The translations under genes were made by a program, and so were the position numbers. This document shows, in pieces, positions 36,968 to 48,207 of a stretch of 64,000 nucleotides of DNA. A model generated the notes under the pieces. It was not told where the DNA came from and made no database searches. It saw nothing but the letters and a program-made list of their open reading frames with translations. Positions within the stretch are counted from its first letter, which is position 1; each line of letters opens with the position of its first letter. The stretch lies in NCBI RefSeq assembly GCF_963921235.1, contig NC_086108.1, positions 43,588,001-43,652,000 on the forward strand, in the 5' to 3' direction. This DNA comes from Mobula hypostoma. Lineage: Eukaryota.

Positions 36968-39054
36968 AACTGAAAGAAGAGATTTGAAAGTGGGAGGGGG
37001 AGGGGGAGATCCAAAATGATAGGAGAAGACAGGAGGGGGAGGGATGGAGCCAAGAGCTGGACGGTTGGTTGGCAAAAGGGATATGAGAGGATCATGGAAC
37101 AGGAGGCCTAGGGAGAAAGAAAAGGGGGGGCACCAGAGGATGGGCAAGGGGTATAGTGAGGGGGACAGAGGGAGAAAAAGGAGAGAGAGAAAAAGAATGT
37201 GTGTATATAAATAAATAACGGATGGGGTATGAGGGGGAGGTGGGGCATTAGGGAAGTTTGAGAAGTCAATGTTCATGCCATCAGGTTGGAGGCTACCCAG
37301 ACAGAATATAGGTTTCCCCTGCCATCCGAAGATAGAGCGTTCCTATGAAATGGTTCGTAAGCCGGAATGTCGTAAAGCGAAGAAGTAATTTCCATTTATT
37401 TACATGGGAAAATTTTGTGAGCGTTCACAGACCCAAAAATAACCTACCAAATCATGCCAAATAACACATAAAACCTAAAATAACAGTAACATATAGTAAA
37501 AGCAGGAATGATATGATAAATATATATCCTATATAAATTAGAAATACTTCTCTACAACGATTGCCTGCACTGTTCTCCGTAGCGAAAATCTCACACAAGC
37601 GCTGTTGGCAAAACACTCTCTCCAGTAACCTTTAGGTTATGAAGCTGCCAAATCCAGTAACACGTAAAAATACACAGCCAATATAAAGTAGAAATAATGT
37701 ATGTACAGTGTAGTATCACTTACCAGAATTGGGACAGCGCCGAGCACACTGATGATGGTGTGTTAGACTGAGTCGTCGCAGGTTGGGGTGGTGCAGTGAC
37801 CCCCACCCTCTGGGCAGCAACCCAATACCAATCCGTGAAGAATGCAGGGGTCCAGCGGTAGCCAGGAGGTACACAGCACATCTTTAAGAAAAAAACTGAA
37901 ATAAACATGCTAATTAATTGGGTGGCGCCCAGCACGTACTTGTTGGCCCAGATCAGAGGCTGCATTGCCTCTGATCAGGGCCAACATTTACATGCTGGGT
38001 GGCACCTAATTAATTAGCATGTTTATTTTGGCTTTTTTCTTAAAGAGGTGCTGTGTGCCTCCCGGCTACCGCTGCATTCTCTGCGAATTGGTATCTGTCC
38101 GGGCCCCAGGGGTTGGGGTGGTGGGACACTGAGGTGTCATCTCATCGTCCATCAGGGCAGACAGCTCATCTTCTCCTATGGCTGCCCACCTCGATGTCGA
38201 AGGTCGAGGTTGGTTGTCTGCTGTGGCTGATGTGGAAGGCTTGCTTGTCTGCTGCCTCGTGCATTTTTATATCATACAGTTCTTCGTAAGCTCTCAAACC
38301 ATCCTGCAAATATGCCCTAAACTGACGTACCCTTTCAAAGTCGTACTTTTCTGCAATCATTGTTGTCAATTGCGGCGAAAATCTCACGCAGTTGCTTCAC
38401 GTTCAGTTCCTGGACAACTTCACCTTCGGTCCATTTGCTACTGTATTCAGTTTCAATTGTTATCCTTTCCTCTTGCAATTGCATCAGCTCTTCATTTATC
38501 AGTTCTTGGTCATGGGATGCCAGAACCTCTTCAACATCATTTTCGTCAACTTCCACAAGTCAAACTCACTTTGTCCTTACTTTGTTCACCATGATCGAAA
38601 CGCTTAATTATGTCTAGTTTTATGCTAAGTGTAACACCCTTATGAGCTCTTTCAGGCTTTTCCGATGCCTTAGAACTCATCTTGCTAACGGATGCTCACC
38701 GGCACGTGTTTAAGCAATGCTGGCAATAATGCAGTTCTGAATCCAGGGGAGAGTGGCTGCTCAGGGCGCGCGCTGCTTTTATCACACGCTGCCCAGGGGC
38801 GGTGCTAAGGTGGTCCTAGCTGGTGCTATAGTACCACCAGAAATTACAATAGCACCACCAAGAAATTAACTGAAATTTGTCCTTTCTACACTTCTGCTTA
38901 TTCGTTCGTTGACAATGTCTTGCCGTTGCTGTCCTCAGATCAATTAAGCTGATCTAAGATTACTTAAGGTGGTGATGTCACTCACTCTCCCTCACGTGAG
39001 AGATTGATAGTATACATCCAGGCGCAGATCCATGGTCTCTCGAGACTAACGGAT

Positions 39055-39055
<1 letters not shown>

Positions 39056-39096
<41 letters not shown>
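39056..39096. repeat. (CA)n microsatellite
   Basis: Seen directly. Confidence 0.95.
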
Positions 39097-39098
<2 letters not shown>

Positions 39099-41559
39099 GC
39101 TTTTACAAGCTAGCGTGGGCCTGGCACGTGAATTATTTTGCCCGGCGTGAAAAGTTGATCGATTTTTAGTGAGAAAATGACCTCGTCCAGAGGAATTAAT
39201 TGAAAGTGACATGCAGAAAGAAATAAGTGGGGATGAGGACGACAGCAGTTCATCGAAGGAGTGCGAAGGCGAAGTAGAGGAACAAGGAATGGAGCGGGAT
39301 TTGGAAGAGAACGTGGATGAAACTGCTCTTAGCGCTAGTGGGAATTCTGTTAGTGATGTCAGCCAACAGCCTGAGGAAGGACCCTGTTGGCTAGCATTGA
39401 AAAAATACCCTTCGCTGCTCGCAACAGTTTGGCAATCAGCAAAGGAGTTTTATTCGTGGCTGGTTTGACCTGCTGGAATATTCGATGACGAAAGATACTA
39501 CGTTCTGCTTCGCATGCAGGCATTTCCTGTGCGGAGGACATGGGTTCCATTCTGAGTCTACCTCCATTGTCACCGGTTACTGCAACTGGCGGAAAGCTGC
39601 AACAGCTTTCATAACCCACCATGTAAATGCAGCTCATAAGTTTGCTATGGAGGCATGGGCTGAATTCAGATTGTGAAAACAAGATGATTCAAGATTGGGA
39701 AATATGCTTGACAAAGGACATGCAAAGATTGTCCAAGAAAATCGTGAGTATATGAGAGATGTGGTTGAGTCTCTATGCTATACTGCGTGCCAAGGCATTG
39801 CCCAGCGAGGATACAGGGAGGATGATGGATCTGGCAATAAGGGAAACTTTGTTGAGTTGCTCATTGTAATTGGACAGTGTGATAAGACTCTAGCTAAATA
39901 AAAGAGGACAATCCTGGAAATGCAAAAAACACCCATCACGATATCCAAAATGAAATTATGGGTATTATGTCAGACATGGTCAGACGTCAGATAAGTGCAG
40001 AAATCAAAGAGGCTGAACATTTTGCCATCATGGTGGATGAAAGTAAAGACGAGTAAAAAGAAGCAAATATCAGTGGTGGTGTGGTATTTCAATAACGAAA
40101 CAGTGCTTGAAGAATTCTTGTACTTCACTCCAGCAGAATGGTTGGACGCAGAGTCGCTTCTTAAAAGCATTGAACAGACACTCGCCCAGTGTGTTTTGAT
40201 AAGAACGTGTGTATAGGTCAGTGTTATGACGGGGCGGCAGTGATGCCTGGGTGCAATAAGGGGGTACAAGAGAGGTTCAGGAAAGAGGTCCCGCAGGCAT
40301 TATATATACACTGCCAAGCTCACAGACTTAATCTTGTTTTAGTGGATGTTGTGAGCAATATACAACAAGCAGGCGGGTGAGTTTTTTGAAACTGTGCAGT
40401 TGCTTTACAACTTCTTTTCATACTCTGTTGCCCACGATCTTTTCATGAAGAAACAGAGAGAACTGGAATCAACTGCACAGCCCGTGGAGTTGAAGAAATT
40501 GTCAGATGCACGCTGGGCATGGCAGTATACAGCTTTGTGGGCTATAAGGAAATCACTCCCTGCCATTCTAGCTACACTACAGGATATTATGTGTCAACCA
40601 AATGCACCGAGGAAAACGGAGGCCAGAGCTGTAAATGGACTGATTGACGAGCAGTTTGCTTTACTTCTCACTCTGAGGATTTATTCCGAGTCACCAAGTT
40701 CATGTCAGACCAGCTACAATCTCCCAGTTTGGAGCTTTCATCCGCTGTGGACTTGGCTCAGTCTGTTATCGATGCACTCTCAGCAAATCGGGGAGAGGAA
40801 TCATGGAGAGAAATTCAGACAAGAGCTAGGGACCTGTGCATCAAGGCCGGTATACACAGCAGACCACATGAAAGGAGACAGGCCCAGCCACCCCGCCGTC
40901 TACATGATTTTGTCGTTGAGGCCCAAACTGAACGCACACCTGTCACATCCTCTGATGACCTACGCAAGCGCTTTTTCTATCCAGTTATAGACAGACTTCT
41001 GACTGAAATGAAAAGACGGTTCTCAATTGAGACTGGGAGTGTACTGACTGGAGTTTCAGCATTGAGTCCCAAACACAAGTTTTTCCTAGACAAGAATTGT
41101 CTTTGGCCAATGGCCCAATACTTTGGAGTGACTGAAGTGAACCTGACCGCAGAGGTACATCAGGTTCGGCGTCTGCTGTAAATAAAACAAAAGCAAGGAC
41201 AGACAGTGAATGACACAGTGGAATTTCTAGCTCTAATGAGACCCTACCGCGATGCAGTTATAGATTTATATAAACTAATCTGCATATCACTGACTTTGCT
41301 TGTTACATCTGCCTCATGCGAACGGAGTTTCTCTTGCCTCAGACGCCTCAAAAACTACCCAAGGAACAGCAGCGGCGATGCTCGGAACAGCAACTTGACC
41401 CTGTTGGCCATAAACAGCCGGAGGACCAAAGCACTTGACATCCAGAAAATCATTGAAGCTTTCACCACCGGTCACAACAACAGATGGATTGTGCTTCTCT
41501 GAAAACATCAATGGTGAGTACAGTTGATTTTTTTTTAAATTTGGGCCAAGACTAATGCT

Positions 41560-41602
41560 GATTATGATTATGATTATTATTATTATTATTATTATTATTA
41601 TT
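41560..41602. repeat. (ATT)n microsatellite
   Basis: Seen directly. Confidence 0.9.
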
Positions 41603-42861
41603 TTGTGGTGGATACCCCACAGTCCTTATGTTTCCTGCAAATCCTAAAATATTACATTTACTGCTATTAAGCCTACTGGTTTTGCTTAGACTTCCAAACG
41701 GTGATTCTGTTGATTTTTGTTTTAAATTCAACAGCTGAATTAATGGAAGTATTGCATGGTCAGAGTACGATTTAGCCAACTCCTGGTAAAGCCTTTCATC
41801 TGTTGTTTGCCTTATTTGACTTTAATAACGGTGTATCTTTTGGCATTGTCTGTCTATGTAATGCGAATAGCTGTGGATATTGTGGGTTAGTGTTGGTTTT
41901 TCAGTTGAAAAGCACATACTTGACACTGATTGCGGGATTGGTGTGTGATTCATGTTGTGCGCTGTGGCTCGGATGCTCTGTTGGTTTGTTTGTTTATGCT
42001 CTGTGTAGCCCGGGTTGTCTCCGATGCTGTTGACACTGTCACAGTTCACTTCTATATTAGATCTATCAATTGCTGTCGCTTGTGAATCAACAGAGGCATT
42101 TATAGTAGGCACATAATGCTTGAAACTGACTTTTTAATGCACGGGTCTGGCCTTGCAAATGCATATTACCATAGGGTACATCCCTCAGCACCATCACTGA
42201 GTAATTCAGCCCCACTGTAGCACCAGCAAGAAAAAAACTCTGGCACCGCCACCTGCACTGCTTCTTTTCGTAACAGTGCAAATACCTTCTGTTAGCGAAA
42301 ACAGGGAATTAATGTAGGTCTTTCGTAACAGTGAGGTTTCGTAAAGCGAACGTTCGAAAAGCGGGGGACACCTGTATAGCATTTGTTCCTCCAACCTGAG
42401 TGTGGCTTCATCTTGACAGTAGAGGAGGCCGTGGATAGACATATCAGAATGGGAATGGGACGTGGAATGAAAATGTGTGGTCACTGGGAGATCCTGCTTT
42501 CTCTGGTGGACAGAGTGTAGGTGTTCAGATCACATTGAACACCCAGTGCTGCTCTCGGTTTAGTCCGGCAAAGACTGGAAGAGTGCTACGGATTCATGGA
42601 GGTAATGGAGACTGCTCTCTTCAACAAGCTTGAGTCCTTCCCCAAGATTTCTAGCGGGAAGCCCCAATCTGCAAGAGCTAGGAGACCTGCTATTGGAGTT
42701 GGAGGCAGCCAAAGCCAAAGACTACTTACCTAGCTTGCTTTACCTTGACACTGCATGAGGAATTGGTCCCATCCTGGAGAAACTCCCCTTTAGTCTATGG
42801 GAGAGATGGATGTCAGAGGGCACTAGATACAAACAGGAAAATGGAGTCAGCTTACCACCCT

Positions 42862-43903
42862 ATATAATACCAACATATAATTCCCACCAACATATAATTC
42901 TCCGTAACTTCTGCCACCTCCAATGGGGTCCAACATATAATTCTCCGTAACTTTCGCCACCTCCAATAGGATCCCACCACTAAGCACATCTTTCCCTCCT
43001 TTTCCTCCCCCCCCCCGCTTTCCACAGGGATCGCTCCCTACGCGACTCCCTTGTCCATTCGTCCCTCCCATCCCTCCCCACTGATCTCCCTCCTGGCACT
43101 TATCCTTGTAAGCAGAACAAGTGCTACACATGCCCTTTCACTTCCTCCCTCACTACCATTCAGAGCCCCAGACAGTCCTTCCAGGTGAGGCGACACTTCA
43201 CCTGTGAGTCGACTGGGGTGATATACTGTGTCCGGTGCTCCTGATGCGGCCTTCTATATATTGGTGAGACCTGACGCAGACTGGGAGACCGCTTTGCTGA
43301 ACATCTATGCTCTGTCCGCCAGAGAAAGCAGGATCTCCCAGTGGCCACACATTTTAATTCCACATCCCATTCCCATTCTGATATGTCTATCCACAGCCTC
43401 CTCTACTGTAAAGATGAAGCCACACTTAGGTTGGAGTCTGGGTAGGATTCTGTCTGGGTAGCCTCCAACCTGATGGCATGAACATTGACTTCTCTAACTT
43501 CCGCTAATACCCCACCTCTCCTTCGTACCCCATCCGTTATTTATTTATATATATGTGTATTCTCTTTCTCTCTCTCCTTTTTCTCCCTCTGACCCTCTCA
43601 CCACACTTCTTGCCCATCCTCTGGGCTTCCCCCCTCCCCCTTTCTTTCTCCCTAAGCCTCCTGTCCCATGATCCTCTCATATCCCTTTTGCCAATCACCT
43701 GTCCAGCTCTTGGCTCCATCCCTCCCCCTCCTGTCTTCTCCTATCATTTTGGATCTCCCCCTCCCCTTCCCACTTTCAAACCTCTTACTAGCTCTTCTTA
43801 CAGTTAGTCCTGACAAAGGGTCTTGGCCTGAAACGTCGACTGTACCTCTTCCTGTAGATGCTGCCTGGCCTGCTACGTTCACTAGCAATTTTTATGTGTG
43901 TTC
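42862..43903 (+). mobile_element. Penelope-like 3' fragment with GIY-YIG
   Basis: GVIYCVRCS*CGLLYIGET*RRLGDRFAEHL, flanked by CCACCCT repeats (42855-42861 and 43904-43910). Confidence 0.8.
43806..43841 (+). ncRNA. Minimal type I hammerhead ribozyme motif, one core mutation (CTGACGA to CTGACAA)
   Basis: AGTC-CTGACAA-AGGGTCTTGGCCT-GAAAC-GTC-GACT. Confidence 0.6.
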
Positions 43904-45235
43904 CCACCCTGCTTTTCCAGTTTCTTCCAGGATGAAGCCAAAATGAGGAATAACTTCAGCTTTATCATGATCACCTCTAGCTCAGTACAGTTTAAATCAA
44001 AGACCCTGTCATGGTGCACAAAACTGAGGCTGCCAGTGCTGCCCAAAAGGATGATCCTAACAAACAGTACTCTCTACATTAGAAATTACACCCTCTCTGG
44101 AAGTGCAGAGGCTTCCAGGAGAAACTTCTAAAGGAGGAAGGGCCTTCCTTAAAAAACACTCCATGTGTTTCCGCTACTGTTCTTCAACTAATCATCAGGC
44201 GAGGGGCTGTAATACTGTCATCCAGTGATGAGAATACGACAGCAACAAACACATTGCAGCTCTTCATGGTGGCCCATTACCCTGGTCTGTGAAGAGCAAC
44301 ACAAGTACCTCCCTGCAGCATGGCAGTGAGGGAGATGAATCACCTTCATCTTCAGTTGCCACCTCTTCCTGTACTGAGGTCTGTGGGGAAAACTCTGCCA
44401 GTACGTCATGTTTAAAGGTCTACTTGTCAATGTTTATGTGGAAGGCCACCGTGAGAAGAGGATGTATGTCATCTTCGATAATCAGAGAAGTCTCTAGCTA
44501 TTTCATCTTTCTTCAAGTCTTCGACATAACTGATGGAACCTCACCTTACACACTTAAGGCATGTGCAAGTGTGTCACAGACGGTTGGACAAAGAGCAAGA
44601 AACTTTATTGTTCAATCTGTTGATGAAAAGACTCGTTTAGCTCTCCCCACACTCATTGAGTGTGATGAACTTCCAGACAACAGGATGTCCCCACTCCAGA
44701 AGCAGAGGCTCACCTCTAATCCCTAGCCAGCAAGATACCGTCAATTGACCCAAAGCCTGAGATCCTGCCCCTGCTAAGAAGAAACAACATACAGGTACAC
44801 AAAGTACTCAAGCAACGTAAGGGGCCTCCAAACGTCACTGTTGTACAGAAGTCAGCACTGGGGTGGGTCATGGAGATGTCTGTCTAGACAGTGCACACAA
44901 ACCTGTCAACATCTTCAGAACTAGCATTCTAGAAAACAGGCGTCTCAGTCTCATAATTTCCTGTCTTAGCTGCATCCACATCAAGGAGAGTTTCTGCCAG
45001 CATCCTGTCTCTCCTGCCTTGACCTCACAACGAAGGTTTGACAAGCAACACAGCAAGCATGGGTGAATCTGTCTTTGTCCATACAAATGATGACAACAAA
45101 CCAGCTCCTTCAATGGATGACCTTATTTTCCTGAGGATAATGGAGAACTGATTCTATCAAGGCAACTCAAACAGCTGGGTGGCACCATTCCCCTTCCATA
45201 GTACCTGACAATGCCTCCCAAACAACCGTGAGCAA

Positions 45236-45845
45236 GCAAGCAACACACACAAAATGCTGGAGGAACTTAGCAGGCCAGGCAGCATCTATGGAAAAAAAGC
45301 ACAGTCAACATTTCGGGCTGAAACCCTTTTGCAGGACTGGAGAAAAAAAACCTGAGGAGCAGATTTGAAAGGTGGCGGGAGGGCAGAGAGAAACACGATG
45401 CTACAGGTGAAACTTGGAGGGGGAGGGATGAAGCAAAAAGCTAGGAAGTTGATTAGTGAAAGAGACAGAAGGCCCTGGAAGAAAGAAAAAAGTGGGGGGT
45501 GGGGGAGGAGCACCAGAGGGAGGTGATGGGCAGGCAAGGAGATAACATGAGAGAGGGAAAAGGGATGGGAAATGGTGAAGTGGGGGCCATTACTGAAGTT
45601 TGAGAAATTGACGTTCATGCCATCAGGTTCAAGACTACCCAAACGGAATATAAGGTGTTGTTCCTTCAACCTAGGTGTGGCCTTATCACGCCAGTGGAAG
45701 AGGCCGTGGATGGACCTATTGGAATGGGAAGTGGAATTAAAATGGGTGGCCACTGGGAGATCCTGCTTGTTCATGGTGGACAGAGCATAGATGCTTGGCG
45801 CAGTGGTCTCCCATTCTACGTCAAGTCTCACCGATATACAGGAGA
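45236..45845 (-). mobile_element. Penelope-like 3' fragment
   Basis: DLPVATHFNSTSHS...EQHLIFRLGSLEPDGMN. Confidence 0.75.
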
Positions 45846-45914
45846 ACTGAGCACAGTAAACGCTAGATGTGATAATGGACTTCAGGAAGGGCGGTGGGGG
45901 GGGGCGCGGGATGA

Positions 45915-46615
45915 GTGAACATGAACCAATCCTCATATAGAGATCAGAAGTGGAGAGAGTGAGTAATTTCAAGTTCCTGCTGTGCCAAGATCTGAGGATC
46001 TAGCCTGGTCCCAACATATTAATACAGCTATAAAAAAAGGCAAGACAGTGGCTATATATCATTAGGAGTTTGAGATTTGGTTTGCCATCTAGAACATTCA
46101 AACTTCTACAGATGTACCCTGGAGAGCATTCTGACAGGCTGCATCACTGTCTGGTACTGGGGTGGGGGGGGGGGGGAGGTGCCGGGGTGGTGGTACTGCA
46201 CAGGATTGAAAGAAGCTACAGAAAGTTGTATAATCAGTCAGCACCATCCTGGATGCTAGCCTTCGTAATATCCAAGACATCTTCTAAGGAATGGCGCCTC
46301 AGAAAGGCAGAGTCCATTATTAAGGACACTCACCACCCAGGACATGCCTTCTTACTGTTACCGTCAGGAAGGAGATACAGAAGCCTGAAGGCACACACTG
46401 AGCAATTCCTAAATGGACATTGAACCCATTAACACTACCTCACTTTGTTATATTATTTATTTTTGCACTATTTTTAATTTAACTAATATATATGTAAATA
46501 CACACACACACTTATTTTTCCTATATTATCATGTATTACATTGTACTGCTGCCACTAAGTCAACAGATTTCAAATTTCACGGCATATACCAGTGGTATTA
46601 AAACTGATTCTGACT
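45915..46615 (+). mobile_element. Rex/Babar-like LINE 3' fragment
   Basis: NFYRCTLESILTGCITVWY and IIKDTHHPGHAFLLLPSGRRYRSL. Confidence 0.7.
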
Positions 46616-48207
46616 CTGCGTAGTGCAGTTCCAGTATATTTTATTTATAATGTTTTCAATCCAAAGAGGATTGTTCTGGAATTCTGGTTGCTTGTTTTGA
46701 AAAGTGAGTAGCTGAAAACCTGTGAGTATGCACGTACTACTGACTATCTGATTTTGCTTGTTTTAATAAACTGTATAACCTTCTTAAGAGCTCTTTCTCA
46801 TGACATTCTTTGCATGTTGATGGTCTACGATTGACCTAAAATCATAGCAGTGTTATTGTTTCAGTCAAAGCACTTACCTTGAAAGTGATGAGACTTCTTG
46901 TTTTGAGTTGAGATTTGTATTTTCTACAATTATTAAATTTAATATTCGTAGAGCAAATAACAGGCATTTTGGAGCTACAGCTAAAAATAAACTATACTGG
47001 CTCCACAATTTCTGTGGAAACTGACACCTTAAAGAAACTGGTCATTAACAAATAGACAGAGATAACTGGCTTTAAAACTGTCATCACTTAAAACAAGCTA
47101 CTATCACATTTAAGTCAAAGGCCACCGAAGATGGGGAACTACTAATAATAAAGAGTAACAAGAACAAAATAATATAAGTAGTGATTACAGAATGTAATTT
47201 GTTCTTTAAAAGCTTTTGAAATATAATGGAACAGAAACATTTAAGGATAGTTTCAAGCATGACATGTTTATTTAGGCTTGTTACATAGTTTCAATTTCAG
47301 TACTGAAGATTCTTCTCAAGACCACCAGCCTGAATAACGTAAAATTAGGGGTTAGGGTTTAGGCTAGAGATCAGGAGGAACTTTTAGCTGTTTACAACTT
47401 AAGCATTCTCAGTTTTTGTAACTTCTACTTTAGATTATTTTGTGGAGTTTGATTCTTTAAATATATTCAAGGTTGAGTTAGGTACATTTTGTACTATACA
47501 AGAGTGCACAGTTAATGGGGGATGGTCAGTAAACTGCATTTGAGGCCACCATTAAATCTGATTGATAATGGAGCCAAGAGACATGGGGTCAACTTGTATT
47601 TCTTACATTCTGAAATAAAAGAAAAGGTTGTGATTTGGTAGTTTTTAAGTGAGACAAAGACTGCAATACATTGAATCAAAGTGTGCCCATCTCCACTATA
47701 GAGGAAGTTCTGCCTCTTCTACTGTGAGTGGAATGTGACATTCTATTGTTACTTTGGTTCAATGGAATGACTACAGATATGTGATATATTGATAAGACCT
47801 GTCAGTTCTCGAGAGGGAGCTTGGAGAGGCGAGTCGACACAGAAGATTGTAACAGTGGAACAGTGAGTTGCTGGTCTCTGCTCTGGTTGTTGCAGGAGTG
47901 ACCCATGCTGGAGAGAGAGTCAGTCTGAAATACCAGACTGCTGGTTTGTGGAGTGTGGTTTGATGGACTCTTGGTCCTTCTGCTGTTGTTTGCATGGAGG
48001 TGGGGAGCGTCGGTGCTTTCGCTGGTGGGGGTGGGGAGGGATGCTTTTTTTGCTGCTTCTTATGTGAGGGGAGGAGGATCTTTAGAGTTTCAATATTTCT
48101 ATTGCTCTATGGGGTTTCTTTGTTTTTGTGGCTGTCTGTGAAGAGGATGAATTTCAGGTTGTGTACTGGATACATACACTCAGATATTAAATGTACTTTG
48201 CAACATC

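Larger units (their letters stand above)
38794..42255 (+). mobile_element. hAT transposon with decayed ZMYM1-like transposase (about 39211-41502)
   Basis: LEYS...FCFACRHF zinc finger, GNFVELL, GQCYDGAAVM, YIHCQAHRLNLVL and VTSASCERSFS. TIRs CAGGGGCGGTGCTA and TGGCACCGCCACCTG. Confidence 0.85.
37309..42374 (-). mobile_element. Tigger/pogo-like DNA transposon remnant
   Basis: Imperfect TIRs (taggtttcccctgc and gcgggggacacctg) flanked by TA. C-terminal transposase remnant EVDENDVEEVLASHDQELINEELMQL at 38335-38556. Confidence 0.7.
35969..42530 (-). mobile_element. Penelope-like 3' fragment split by later insertions (35969-36011, 36866-37308, 42375-42530)
   Basis: The pieces rejoin to match the other Penelope-like copies, such as 45236-45845. 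Confidence 0.75.
35230..45235 (+). mobile_element. Decayed BEL/Pao LTR element gag-protease, in pieces (about 35230-35968, 42531-42861, 43904-45235)
   Basis: SAASVAVLEALVRAEASLAK/RLEATLETLQHKMEAEAALAEAS, ELGDLLLELEAAK...YLDTA...ILEKLPFSL, and YTLKACAS...LPTLIECDELPDNR match fish BEL/Pao polyproteins as recalled. Confidence 0.7.

Noticed and set aside
39211..41502. Host gene ZMYM1 or a domesticated transposase
   Set aside because: It has many stops and frameshifts and lies between TIRs.
38786..42263. Exact 8-bp hAT TSD
   Set aside because: The flanks (acgctgcc vs gcactgct) match only with several transitions, so no TSD is claimed.
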